Assembly: GCF_001194135.2 (NCBI RefSeq)
Contig: NC_068999.1
Coordinates: 12,928,337-12,992,336, forward strand
Length of the DNA stretch: 64,000 nucleotides
Reading direction: 5' to 3'
Source of the DNA: Octopus bimaculoides
Lineage: Eukaryota
A program made the position numbers and the translations under genes. The notes under the pieces were generated by a model. It had not been told where the DNA came from, made no database searches, and saw only the letters and a program-made list of their open reading frames with translations. Below, piece after piece: positions 13,876-27,508 of the stretch. Each line of letters begins with the position of its first letter. Within the stretch, counting starts at the first letter, position 1.

Positions 13876-15539
13876 GCTCTTGTTATTGTTGTTTTTGTCG
13901 TTGTTGTTGATGATGATATTGTTATTGGTATTGTCATTAATGTTCACGACGTTTATATTGTTATTGTATTTTTTTTCAATTATATTAATGTTTTAAACAC
14001 TATAATGTTTTGTAATTTCAATTGTGCCACTGAAATTGTTTACGCTTGAAGCACTGTCTGTTTATTTAATTTTCACTTTCTATGTTTTCTTTAATTCTGT
14101 TTTCGGGTTTGAATATAATTGGGAGATGAATGTCATGTTTGTTCATGTTATTTAGCCATCACGATCACCACTGTGGTACTCCAGAAGCTGTTTCTATCCA
14201 CCGCAAATCAATACATCTCCCTACTACGCTAAAGTATATGACATTTTAGAAAACAAATATCTGCACGAAACTGTGTTTCCCCGCTCTACATTAACAGGGA
14301 CACTTAAATGCCTTTAAAATTGTTGTTGATAAAAGGAAGGAAAATATAATTTATTCGTCAAACAATCCTGAAATATATGAACATCGCTACGCCGTACGAA
14401 GTTTCGCTACAAAGAATAGTAATACCCTCTACATTGCCCATGCACCCTATAAGACTAACCATCACCAGTACCCAGCTCCAGCCCCATACCCACAACCTCT
14501 ACGGTCACCGAGAACCTCAAAACCAGCACCACCACCACCACCACCATGAAAAAAGGAACAACAACAAAATAATAACAACAAGAATAACCGTTAGGGCATA
14601 GATAAAACAATCTACGTCTTCATTCGTCACCAATCACTAACATATTATTTTAATGTTCATGGTCAACTAACTCGTCACTTTCACTTTGCCAAAATGCTAC
14701 TGCATGCATCCGTCTGTGGGATAAATCCATTTCACGTTTAGACGTTTTCCACAAGGTATCTTCCGTAGTACCATTTTCAATTAAAAGATTCATGTCTTTA
14801 GATCCGTATACTCCCAAATTTGTGAAAGATATAACCCGTAGCGTGTAAGGCTCTCGAAATCGTAGGAGCGTGACACTGCCTGTGAGTATAACAATCTGTG
14901 GCGGAATTCTTACCATTCGTGGTTTTCAGAGTTACTATTTAAGATTTTATTACCATTACACACAGGCGGAATATGATAAACTATGATATGAAGAAATCCC
15001 ATACCTATATGTGTACGTACTGCTATATCAAATGGCCGTTTCTGTATTACAATTTTTAATCTGTGTGTTCTCAGCATAATGAAAATGTTTGAAAGAACGT
15101 ATTTTTTCCAGCTTTCCATTATAATACACAGCTACCAACAGAACAGCAAATTCTACGTAGATATCTTGGATAATCTTTCTGTAATGTTGTACTCTAAATT
15201 CAATGTGTCAGCGGATATTTGATTGTATGTGAACCCTCAGTGGAGCCTGGCATTTTCAGAATAAACCCTGCACTATATGCACATAAAACAAACTCATTTT
15301 AGCATTCAAACGCACACTCACATACACACAATTATACACACACACGACATGCATGAACACAGAAATACAGAATAGCAGAATACAAGGTCACAAACATACA
15401 AACCCAGCCACTAATGTACCTTCTAACGCTCTTTTATATCATTTTCATTTATTTCAAAGACTAGAGATTTGTAACGTCAGACATGCATATATTTTGAATG
15501 ACTTTTACCGTTCCTAACAATCAGGCTGTTGCATGTATT

Positions 15540-15960
15540 CTTTATGCTTCAGCAAGTTAATTTTTTTCTGTCTACCTCCCGAGCATCCAACATACACATT
15601 CCACGGTTCCATTGAAAAGGGCTTATACCTCATTTATCTGCAAGCCCACAACTAGTTGGTTTCTGTCTTCCTATATCACAATTCCATCAACATAATTTCT
15701 TTTGCCCCATTACTCCTAGGTAGGTAAGACGATCAACATTTGCTATTGGGTGGCGCATGTTCTAAGATGTTCGTAGTTTTCTTGACTTACTGTCCGGGCT
15801 TTGGAGCTCTATAAGCTTGTAGTTAATGATGTTAAAACTATGTTGGACTACTGGAAGAGCCAGAGCGTTAATGGCTGCGATGCGATCTTTGGAGTTGATT
15901 TCAGTTTTTAGTATGGCTTTTATAATCCTCTTATACTCCTTTCTTATATTTTCTTCAAAT
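15540..15960 (-). mobile_element. R4/Dong-clade non-LTR retrotransposon fragment (post-RT region)
   Basis: The minus strand reads ENIRKEYKRIIKAILKTEINSKDRIAAINALALPVVQHSFNIINY...DSKSRKL...HPIANVDRL. This matches the R4/Dong pattern KEY.RR...LKSELN...AIN..A.PV..YSF...D.KTRK...HP.A.V.RLY. Confidence 0.85.
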
Positions 15961-16150
15961 TTTCTCTACTCTGTATTTATACATACATACACACACACAT
16001 ACGCGCACACACATGCACACACACACATACACACATATATACATACATACATACATGCATACACACATATTTGTGTGTGTGTGTTAAAAGCTGGCAAGTT
16101 ACACGAAGAGTCGTAATTGTACACACACACATATATACATACATACTTAC

Positions 16151-16260
16151 ATAAAACGTTAAGAGGTGGTAACGTATACAAAAAATCTAAATTATATATA
16201 TATATATATATATATATAATTTAGAATGTTTGTATACGTTACCACCTCTTAACGTTTTAT
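16151..16260. repeat. 110-bp near-perfect palindrome centred on (TA)n
   Basis: ATAAAACGTTAAGAGGTGGTAACGTATACAAAAAATCTAAAT(TA)n..ATTTAGAATGTTTGTATACGTTACCACCTCTTAACGTTTTAT; the arms differ at two positions. Confidence 0.95.
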
Positions 16261-17780
16261 TACATTTAATACATACTTTTGCTTCAGAGAACATTTACAT
16301 AACAACATATCTCTTTATATGAATGTATAGATACTTGGGGCAACTAAGAAAATGAGCCATTATTATTACTATTGTTATATAGTACAATTGAACTTGAACT
16401 AACAGAAAACAAAAAGCAATAGAAAACGAAAAGAAAACATATGACATTGTGATTATGGTTAACAAACAGAAAAATATAGTTTGAGGTTAATACGTCAAAT
16501 AATGATTAAAAAAAAGAAAAATGAGTGAAAAGGATAGCAATTTAAAGAACACAAGGAATGGCTTAAAAGGAAAAAGGTAAGATTCTGTTTGAAAAAAGAG
16601 TTACGATTAAAAGATGACTGAGCCAGGGACACAGTAAGGGACCTAGGACAAATGAGAGAGTGAACGAAAGAGAGGAATGAGTGAAGCGGCTATTGCGAGT
16701 GTATATGCGTTCCTATGAGAACGCAACTTTGTGTCTTAGTGTATAAGAGATTGACATGATAGCAGTTTCGGTGATTATAATTTTATTATTTCAAATGTCA
16801 AATTAAACCAAATTTATGAGTGATTATGTTTGTTCTTTTCTTAATCGATGAAAGATACTATGAATGAGAAATGTACAGGAAATGAAAGTGCTGTAGCCTT
16901 TATGAAAATTATGTTAAATGAATGAGCAACAGCATTAATAAAGCCATTTGAGGCGCAGCCATATCGATACTTTATATTAGTTTCATTTTCTTGAGACGTA
17001 CCCGAATTCATTTATGTAGATATATACATTGAACACGGGAGAATCGGGTGTACGGGATTACCTTAGGTTTCCCAACCATAAAGGGTTTAGCTTTATCGGG
17101 TATCATCAGAGCCCCAAAAGCATGTTTGCCTAAGCCCTCTTAANNNNNNNNNNNNNNNNNNNNNNNNNNNNNNNNNNNNNNNNNNNNNNNNNNNNNNNNN
17201 NNNNNNNNNNNNNNNNNNNNNNNNNNNNNNNNNNNNNNNNNNNNNNNNNNNNNNNNNNNNNNNNNNNNNNNNNNNNNNNNNNNNNNNNNNNNNNNNNNNN
17301 NNNNNNNNNNNNNNNNNNNNNNNNNNNNNNNNNNNNNNNNNNNNNNNNNNNNNNNNNNNNNNNNNNNNNNNNNNNNNNNNNNNNNNNNNNNNNNNNNNNN
17401 NNNNNNNNNNNNNNNNNNNNNNNNNNNNNNNNNNNNNNNNNNNNNNNNNNNNNNNNNNNNNNNNNNNNNNNNNNNNNNNNNNNNNNNNNNNNNNNNNNNN
17501 NNNNNNNNNNNNNNNNNNNNNNNNNNNNNNNNNNNNNNNNNNNNNNNNNNNNNNNNNNNNNNNNNNNNNNNNNNNNNNNNNNNNNNNNNNNNNNNNNNNN
17601 NNNNNNNNNNNNNNNNNNNNNNNNNNNNNNNNNNNNNNNNNNNNNNNNNNNNNNNNNNNNNNNNNNNNNNNNNNNNNNNNNNNNNNNNNNNNNCCCCAAC
17701 AGTTCTTTCTTCTTTGTGAAAGTATTTATCATTTATTTCGAAACATATATGCAGGAATTAATTGACATGCGTTTTGCTCC

Positions 17781-17875
<95 letters not shown>

Positions 17876-19984
17876 CACAACTGGACAGACGACAATATAA
17901 ATCTATAGTGAGACATAACATTATCGTTGTAGCTAATGAGGCTCAGACTGCAAAATGCATGTTACACATGTTGAATGGAGTCTCACACATAAAGGTCAAT
18001 AGCAGGATAACTTGAAATGTTTAACATGCCTGCTAATTCGTATCATTAGCCTAACTGACACTCCAGAGATCCGGATTTGAATCCAATGGATGTGTACTAC
18101 AACTGTGGATCACAACGGGTAGCCTAAACTGTGCTGGTGCTCTACTCAACATTTAAACAAACTAATAGAACATACCTACTAGTACAAAATATATATCATA
18201 TATATAGATGTTGGACAACATAATGGAAACAACTTAAAATTTCAAACAAATTTATCTTAATATGGGATACGACCAGCTTTGGCAGTAATTACAGATCAGA
18301 TTCCACGTGGAATGGACTTGAACAAAGATTGAATTGTTTCCAAAGGAATGTTGGTCCATTCTTCGGCTAAAACAGGAATGACGCAATATTTTGAAATATG
18401 TGCCCAACGTAGAGAAACCGCGTATTACGAATAGTTTAGAAGAACTTTTGAAACAAAGACTTATGTGGAAATATCAATGAATGAATTTTAGCATAGACAA
18501 TGGGGTATAATTAAAATATGTTTTGAAGCATATGTGAATAAATAATGGATATATGAGATACAGAAACATCCAGCTAGTTGGATGTTATTCTTGGGAAGGC
18601 ATGCTTAGATATCTGCACACACACACACACACACACAAACATATATTACTAATTAATGAGCGAAATGATATTGGTGTGAGACAGAGGGAAAGACAAATTT
18701 AGGAAACGTATATTGAAATGCACACAGTGTATACACTCGCAGTGATAGTAGAGATTGAGAAGACAGAGAAAGGGAGAGAGAGTGAGAAAATAGAAGAGAA
18801 CGACAGAGAGTGAAAGTGCGAACAATAAAACGATTTTCTTGTTATAGTGGTTTGAAAGATATTGCGGATGATTGGTAACTAAATAGGGATATATTGCAAT
18901 CTATAGGGCATAATGAGAGGTAGAAACAGTACTAGAAAAGAGGGTACATATAAAGAAAATGGGAAAAAAGAGAAAGAAGTAGATCAGCAGAGTTTATTGG
19001 TTGTCGCTCTGAATCAACATCGTAAATGAAATATAGCTTTAGGTTAGTATCTAATGCTGGCATAATTTGTTCAGTGTAACTGGTTTACGAATAATTAGTC
19101 GATATCATCGTCCTACGTCATATATGACATAATGTACGCACAGCCAGATATAACACAGGCACTCGCATACATACACATAATCACGCACTCAGACATATAC
19201 AGACACGGAGGATTCAACAGAAATTTATTAACCACAAACATACAATAAATACTTCACTGATGTTTGCAGAGCTGAAATGGGGCAATTTATTATTTTCATA
19301 AATTACATATACACACACTAACCTACGCCCATGCAAAAATGCATAGGCAACTACACACGTACGCTCACACATGCAAACGCTGAAGCATGCACAAGAGAAA
19401 CACACGCACATGTATATTGTTTTCCTTTCGTTTTTCTTTGAATTTGTAACAAATTTCATCTAATATTAAAAACCAAAGATAGGATTGCTTTGCGTAGTTA
19501 TTTTCTCTGAAACATCAAATTATATATATATTTACAAATTTAATTTGAAATGAAGAGATATAATTTTTCTTAATTGTCTTTCATGTACATCGTAAGATGG
19601 ACATTATTGAAAATGAGAATATGTGCATATGAGAGGTTAGATATTAACTAAATCAGCTTCTTTTTTTTTTAACCCAGAACGTTTACATATAAATTAATAT
19701 TTGTATATGTAATAATCGTATTATTTTAGATTTCAAGGTAAAAGCTCTAAGGAATCTGTGATGTCTCTCTCTTTGAAATATATTTCATTAAATAGTATAA
19801 CGATACTGGTATATGATCAACCGTAAAACCATAAAGTTCTTAATGTGATCTTACACATAAAGGATAAATTCGAAAATATATAGCAAGTGATTTTATCGTT
19901 CTCGCATCATAAATCTTTAACATCAGTTTGACAATCAACATCGTCAATAAGACTGCAATTTTGATTACTGTACTTCTCTTAATG

Positions 19985-20700
19985 TTTGCATTCATTAAAG
20001 GTATCATCATCATCCTCATCATCATCGTCATCATCATCACATTCACCAGCGCCACCACGATCACCCTCGGCGTCATCTTGAAAATCGTCATCAACATCAT
20101 CAGTATTATTTTTACCACCAGCTCCAAACTCATCCATCTCATTACCATTCTTCATCATCGTTACACTCACCATGGTCATGATAATCATGATCATCATTAT
20201 CACCACCACCACCTCCACCGCCGCCACCACCACCACCACCANNNNNNNNNNNNNNNNNNNNNNNNNNNNNNNNNNNNNNNNNNNNNNNNNNNNNNNNNNN
20301 NNNNNNNNNNNNNNNNNNNNNNNNNNNNNNNNNNNNNNNNNNNNNNNNNNNNNNNNNNNNNNNNNNNNNNNNNNNNNNNNNNNNNNNNNNNNNNNNNNNN
20401 NNNNNNNCCACCACCACCACCACCACCACCACCACATTCGTCGAAGTCGTCATCATCTTCATCATCATCATAGTCATCATCATCATCATTATCATTATCC
20501 TCGTCTTCGTTGTCGTCATCATCATGTTCGAAACTAATACCAAAATTAGTGCCCTCTCGTGTGTTCGTCACAATCACAACAACTGGAACACCTAGTTACC
20601 GCAGGCTAAGCAGACATCATCGTCATCAACATCATCGATCACTACATATTCATTATATGCACCATCATCATCACAATCAAACTCACCATTATAATTATTT
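19985..20700. repeat. Compound (CAT)n/(CAC)n microsatellite tract spanning a gap
   Basis: Directly visible. It explains the poly-H/P/V/M ORFs listed at 19.8-20.9 kb. Confidence 0.95.
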
Positions 20701-21451
20701 GAATTTGAACGTGACTGGAACCATTAGTGTGTTCTTGTGTTCTTTAGTAATTATTGTACTAATTATGGATTTGTGTTGCACACAATCACTTACAATGATT
20801 TTCAGTTTTTTTTGTTTTTTTTTTGTGAGGTGTAAGAAACAGATCATAGCAGATGACACACAGCCTAATTAATAATGAAGTATTTCGTATTAATTGGCAT
20901 TTTTTCTCATATGTGCCAATGTAATCCCATAAAGTTACAGATGGCCCATTTGACTAAGGAACATAGTATTTGTATAAAGCCGTCACTGTATGTTTTGTTT
21001 TGTTTCTTCGTGACGTAGAGTGTGGGATATTGTGAGGCTTCTTGATGCAGAATTAAAATAAAATAAACAAGATATTTGAAATTACGTAAGCCTCCAAAAT
21101 TTATGTATAATTTACATTTTAATGCTAATGCCTTATGCATTTTATAAATGCATGTGACACGATTTTTTTTGTTTTTTTAGGAGAGACTTCGGAAACATCC
21201 TGCCACATGCACAATGTAGCGATATATTTGTAGGCACAAAAATTACCATAGCAATAATATACATTCAGTGATATATCTAGCACTCTTTGCTGGTGTCACC
21301 CTAGGATTATCTAATTGGATTTTATTGTAGGTTAAAAACCGGACCCTCATGAAAGAAGAAAATTAAATATACAACAGATGCCACTAAACAGCTAGTCGAA
21401 AGACATATGAATAAAAGCAATGTTGCTTTCAGAGAAACAGCCAACGGTGGC

Positions 21452-21454
<3 letters not shown>

Positions 21455-21531
<77 letters not shown>
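21455..21531. repeat. (GA)n microsatellite
   Basis: Directly visible. Similar (GA)n tracts lie at about 12258-12312 and 56845-56950. Confidence 0.97.
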
Positions 21532-21537
<6 letters not shown>

Positions 21538-21689
21538 ACAAAATTCAAGGGAGCAGGATATGTTGAAAAGAAGCTGCGTACGAAAAATATCATCAAGCCA
21601 GAATATTGGTATTTATTGGGCATAAAGAAGTGAGGAAAATACATGTTAAACAAATAAATTCATCAGGCAATTAAGCAAACTGTACACTG

Positions 21690-21950
21690 GACTTATGCGA
21701 AACCGACATCAAAACGTGAACAAACGGCATACTGAGGCAGTATGCCAAGCAGAGCGCTAGGCCACAAATGGACAAATACGAGTGAGGCTTTTTGGGATAA
21801 TAAACAATCAAGGCTTCAGCATAGAAGTTATAAATTATTGATTGAAAAACAATATCAGCATCAAAAACCTGAAGTTCCCACCACTAAAATCAATGGCCAA
21901 CAATTCACCTTCATATACCATGGTTGTAACATTATCCTCTCTCACTAATT
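21690..21950 (+). mobile_element. Possible RTE-clade LINE RT remnant
   Basis: Frameshifted QMDKYE / RLFG / QKPEVPTTKINGQQFTFIYHGCNII resembles RTE LQ..MD.F...FGL...P.I.INGQ.L..V..F.YLGS.IS. Heavily decayed. Confidence 0.45.
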
Positions 21951-24077
21951 TTTAAGCATCATCGTATCTAATTGCTAACATGACGTTTTGTTTTGAAACC
22001 TGTTGCATTCACACGCATATGATATTGTTATGAAACACATCACATTTATCATGAAGCTTACTCCTTGCTATTACTGACAGGTTGACGAAAAAATTGCATT
22101 TTCGTCAACAATTAATTTTTTCAGCATGTCTTAGCAAATTCTATTATGTGCATTCACTTTCACCTAAACTATTAATTTGATTTTTATTTCCCTTAAAACT
22201 ACCCCAATGCCACAGACATACACACAGACACAAACACACTCACATATACTCAAAAAATTATATTTCAATACATTTGTAACAAAAAAGTTTAAAAAATAGT
22301 ATTCGGTTTAAAACTCGTGTATTTCAACTCTCAGGCACATTTTCTTTATGCGTGTGTCTACGTTTGCGTGTATCCGTGCGCGTGTGCGCGTTTATGTACG
22401 TATGTATGTATGTATGTGAGTACTATTGTGCGTTTTTAAGCTGCATTATTCCCCCCATCCAATTTAGCTCTCCGCATGAATGTCATCGGCAAGTAATCAT
22501 TTCTCCACATGAAACAAAAGATGTGTGTCAATGTGCATAGACCTATATTTTTATGGAAGTCACCCGTACTATTAGATATAAATGATCGGTGCTAAATCCC
22601 GAAAAATATTATTCTGATCCCCCAAGTAAAATAGTCGCAAACTGAATAATGGAGAAACCCCCAAGAACAGTAGTGATCTCCCAATCTCATTTCCATAAAA
22701 CCTTCGCCTCAAGAATATCCGTCACTAACTAAGGTTTACGGGAGGCTATGTTTAATATCATTATTTCATATTTTTAAGTCAATGTGACCTGAAAGTGAGC
22801 CAATAATCTTATCAGAAATAATCAAGTCTGTTCTGAGAATATTACTGAATTCTTGTCAAATATGATATACCACATTAACTTTCACTAATGCCATTGAAAG
22901 TGAAATATGAATCACAAAACTCCTTTTGAACAAACATCATTGATATATATGTTTGTTTGTGATGTGAAATTAATAGTGTTGACTTTTAGTTCTGATGTTT
23001 ACAATAAACTCTTCCTTAATATGAGAAATGATAATGTAAAATTATTGTGTAGTTTCAGAATGATATATGTGAATTAACGTACAATTAATAGCTTGCTAAA
23101 AAGAATGGGTTGGGAAGTTGTCAATAGAAATTCTGGAATGTTTGAATTAGATAAGAGGTCGTTTCAATGTCGTTTTATTGATCATTTTATCTGTTACTTG
23201 TAATTTCGATTGATATATGAGGAAGATTAATAGGCATCATTCTATTTCAGTGTAGTCGTGAATGCATATGTCCTCGAAAATTATTAGAATGTAAATTCCA
23301 TAAATAAAGAAAATTTTAAAGGTTTAGTCTTATCTTCCGATATGTGGCAAGAAGTTCAGACTGTATAAATACACTATACCATATGCATTTAGTAATGTAT
23401 TCGGGGTTATATACCTTATAATTTATTCATGACCTTGAGATTGTAAACTAGGTGCACTTCTCTGCAATGTTGGACAGAGAGTTTTCTTCTACTAATGCTC
23501 TGAGCAATGACAGTAATATGCACAGGCTAGATATGTAATTAAGTGTATCCTTCTACAACTAATAGAAATATATCAAATATGAAAATTCAGCATGATTTCG
23601 AAATTATATTACAAATGATAGATATCGCTGTAAAATACCATGATATTATATGTGTAAAGGATGCATATCTAGAGGTATTCGATGTCCGTTGTATATTTAG
23701 ATGTGTAATTATATATATATATATATAATAAAGTAGTAAAAGACATTTATCTTAATTTTCTTAATTCCTGGCAAATTTTTACATGTACATCGTACATCTC
23801 TAACATAAATTATCATTCACGTCAAAGTGACAACTGAAGTCAGAATCCTTGTCATGACGTCAATTGACTCCAGGTTATGCCATCAGTTTGAAGCAAAACG
23901 TGAAATTTAAAGGAATTACACTGTATACACACGTACACACACAACACACACACACACACACGTATATACATAGACATATGTACATATATACGTTTATACA
24001 TATGCTTATACACATATACATACACACATATGCATACTATTTATGGTAACCGAAAATTTTTTCAACAAATTTCGGTG

Positions 24078-24222
24078 TTCCTTTCTGTCTAAGAGCGTAG
24101 GCTCGAACTGTAAAATACTTTCTCATTTCCCGATTGTTAAACTAATACGTTTCTGTTGTTTACACAATCTTCGGCTTATGTTGTTTTTCTCACTTTTATT
24201 GCAAATTCTCACTATGTATATA
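24078..24222 (+). repeat. Dispersed repeat, copy 2, of the family at 3041-3161
   Basis: GTTCCTTTCTGTCTAAGAGCGTAGGCTCGAACTGTAAAATACTTTCTC...GTTAAACTAATAC, followed by a TA-flanked N-gap as in copy 1. Confidence 0.7.
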
Positions 24223-24624
24223 NNNNNNNNNNNNNNNNNNNNNNNNNNNNNNNNNNNNNNNNNNNNNNNNNNNNNNNNNNNNNNNNNNNNNNNNNNNNNN
24301 NNNNNNNNNNNNNNNNNNNNNNNNNNNNNNNNNNNNNNNNNNNNNNNNNNNNNNNNNNNNNNNNNNNNNNNNNNNNNNNNNNNNNNNNNNNNNNNNNNNN
24401 NNNNNNNNNNNNNNNNNNNNNNNNNNNNNNNNNNNNNNNNNNNNNNNNNNNNNNNNNNNNNNNNNNNNNNNNNNNNNNNNNNNNNNNNNNNNNNNNNNNN
24501 NNNNNNNNNNNNNNNNNNNNNNNNNNNNNNNNNNNNNNNNNNNNNNNNNNNNNNNNNNNNNNNNNNNNNNNNNNNNNNNNNNNNNNNNNNNNNNNNNNNN
24601 NNNNNNNNNNNNNNNNNNNNNNNN

Positions 24625-24655
<31 letters not shown>

Positions 24656-26620
24656 TTATCAGTTGAGTCGATCTTATATTGATTGCTACATCCGGTGGAG
24701 ACCTAATGTTAAACAGTGCGAAATAGGAGATGATTTAGTACCTAAACGTAGTTGGAATATGTTCTGCATTAATTCAAGATGATGAGGGATTTAGACTCAT
24801 CGCTAAGGAGAACACTTAAGGTAGTATCTTAATATGCATAAACGTCTTAGCAAACCGAATGGGACTAATGTTTCCAATATTTTACTCCATGAATGGTTCT
24901 AGGACAGTGACCATGTACAAAAATCAAAATAGTTTACATTTTGAAAGAGATCATTTATCATCATGTTTAATACACTGGTATAGTGGGTTACAAGCAACAG
25001 GAATCCTAAATAAAGTTACTGTGAAACGGGAAATATTGAATATAGATTTGATATAGTCGATTAATCCATAGTTGCATATTTGAATATATGGCATTTGATA
25101 GTTTTGGAATTCCGCGGGGCCCTTACATAGTTTTATATTTCATTGACTTAATTCCTCCGGGCGCAAGGTAAGTTTGGTTTAGATGTAGTTAATGCAAAAT
25201 TGGTTTTAGAAACATTTAAAACGGAAAATGAAGGAACCATCAAATGTAGCCTAAATGAAATGCTTCAACCTATTAATGCAATATCGGAAGTCGGTCTTCA
25301 AATAATCAGATATCGTGTCTGTGATATCAGTCGTAAACTTGCCTTAAAGTTGTCAAGTATCAAAAATATGTTAAGGTTTGTGTTACGTGAGCGTAAGTGA
25401 AAACATTGTCTGAAAAGCTGTTTTTCGATGATCAAAAAATATACCTTATCAGCACAATTTATGCTTACTCGAAAATCAGATAGATAATGAAATGCCAGCA
25501 AAATTTAGGCATTCGTTTCTATGAGGGCATTCATCAGCTGTAGCAAACCTCCAAAACAGGTTGAATACCTGGGGAGATACAATATGAATTATTAATATAA
25601 TACTAAAGACATCCATATAAAGGGTTTATAAAATGGCTGACATTACGCTACAACCTATCGAATACTTTAGTATCACTACGTAGTCGAAAACAAGATTCCT
25701 CACCAAACAAAATACTTTCAGGGGTTTTTCATTAAAGAAAATGAAAAATAAAAAAACAGAAAAAAATTCGAAAATTACTGTTTCAATTGAACTGACGAAT
25801 GTAAAAATGAGTGATGAAGAGTTCACTTCATTTGGTGTGAATAATGCGAATCCAAAAATCAACTTTTGAAAAAAATATCTCCAATTGTTGATCAAACGAA
25901 TGAGATGAAATCGTGTATGGTATACGGATACACACAGAAGAGGAATACATAAAAACACACACCTTAACGTACAGACATATATATATCTACATACATACAC
26001 CTATTAACACACACACACACATATATATATATATATGTGCACACTTATATGTGTTTATGTGTGTGCGTTGTGTCTGAGTATATTTTTGTGTGTGTTTTTG
26101 TGTGTGTGTGTGTGTGTGTGTGTGCGTGATTGTATATGTGTCTACAGACATACAGACATACAGCCAGACAGTTAGAAAAGTAACAACGACAGGCTGCAGA
26201 TATATAGCAAATCCCTAGACATTGTTACAAAAAAAGTTTTACCATCAATTCAAACAATAGGTCGTAGTCAACTAAATCATATGAGTTAGGATAACAGATA
26301 ATTACGTATATGTATATATATATATATATATATCAGCATGTATGTGTGTATGTATGTATATACTGAGACACGGGAACAAAAAGTGAGACAGTATGAGAAA
26401 AGAGAGTGAGAGAGAGATAGTAGAGACAAAGAAAGAAGAATTGTAATGATATTGTATTACATTTCATCAGATTCTTATAAATCAAATATTTCACCAACAA
26501 ACGGTCAGCTTATTGAGACAAGGCTTTTTCTTGGAGTTGCAATTTCGGACATCCATTATTTGAGCTATGTGATAAACTGCGTTTTTCATCTAACGCTGAT
26601 GCCTTTACTACTATAATTTT

Positions 26621-26765
26621 TTCAGAGGGCAAGCTATTTTCAGGGGAGTGGATGGTGATATCAACGACGTCACTACTTCATAGAATTTTATTTTCTCGAC
26701 ACCGAGAGGTTCAAAAGCAAACTTACTTCTGGGGATGTTGGGCTCAGAAGGTAAAGAGATAATGG
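26621..26765 (-). mobile_element. Degenerate tRNA-derived SINE (family A)
   Basis: TTTTATTTTCTCGACACCGAGAGGTTCAAAAGCAAAC...GGCTCAGAAGGTAAAG aligns by eye with the reverse complement of the copy at 55451-55645 and with 27121-27508. Confidence 0.55.
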
Positions 26766-27120
26766 AAATATCCTTTGAAGTATAGAGTTACTTGTCACAT
26801 GAACAATATATGAGCAGGAAGCAAAGGAGTTACAAATGTGTGTGAGGTTGTGTGATAAGGATGAAAGGAAGAATATCAGAAGATGACAGATGAAATAAAA
26901 TGATCGAATAGAGAAAATATATTTGAACGTACGTTTATGCAGCACAACCCGTGATGAAAAGGACCTTCAAATGTCCACGTTCAATTATTGTAGACCAATC
27001 AGCACCAAATATTTAGTATGGACCCTGTGATTTTGTCACTGAAATGATAGTTTTATTGATTGTAATTTCATTTCTTTTGTTATGTTTTGAAGCACTATTT
27101 TTTTCTACTGTATGCACGAG

Positions 27121-27508
27121 GTCTGAAATTTTGGGGGAGAGCGCCAGTCGATTACATCAGCCAAGTACGTAACTGGTACTTAACTTGTCGACCCCGAAAG
27201 GATGAAAGGTAAAGTCTACTCAGAAGATGAAGACAGACGATATACCATTAAGCATGTTTCCCGGCGTCCTAACGTTTCCTATTTATTTATTGCCCACAAG
27301 GGGTTAAACACAGAGGAGACAAACGAGGACAGACAAATGGATTAAGTTGATTACATCGACCCCATTGCGTAACTGGTACATAAATTACCAACCGAAAGGA
27401 TGGAAGGCAAAGTCGACCTCGGAGGAATTTGAACGCAGAACGTAAACAGAGAAAATACCACTAAGCGTTTCGCCCGGCGTGCTATCGTTTCTGTCAGCTC
27501 GTCGCCTT
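27121..27508 (-). mobile_element. Dimeric tRNA-derived SINE (family A, MetaSINE-like central domain)
   Basis: Two tandem units each carry GATTACATC..GTAACTGGTAC..CCGAAAGGATG.AAGG.AAAGTC.AC.TC. On the minus strand there is a head GGCGACGAGCTGACAGAAACG and a B-box-like GTTCAAATTCC. The central GAGGTCGACTTTGCCTTCCATCCTTTCGG resembles the MetaSINE domain as I recall it. Confidence 0.8.

Noticed and set aside
14650-15119. Two adjacent minus-strand ORFs with a GTAAGA donor at 14913
   Set aside because: No recognisable homology or motif. Cannot be supported as coding.
19840-20872. His/Pro/Asp/Met-rich ORFs that look like a low-complexity protein
   Set aside because: Fully explained by (CAT)n/(CAC)n microsatellite. 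Open in many frames on both strands.
25510-25545. Minus-strand CTGATGA-ATGCCCTCATA-GAAAC hammerhead-like core
   Set aside because: No U at the cleavage triplet and no stem I pairing. CTGATGA followed by GAAA is expected by chance several times in this much AT-rich DNA.
26648-26750. Apparent exon EWMVISTTSLLHR...WAQK with AG acceptor and AAG|GTAAAG donor
   Set aside because: The sequence aligns with the reverse complement of SINE family A.
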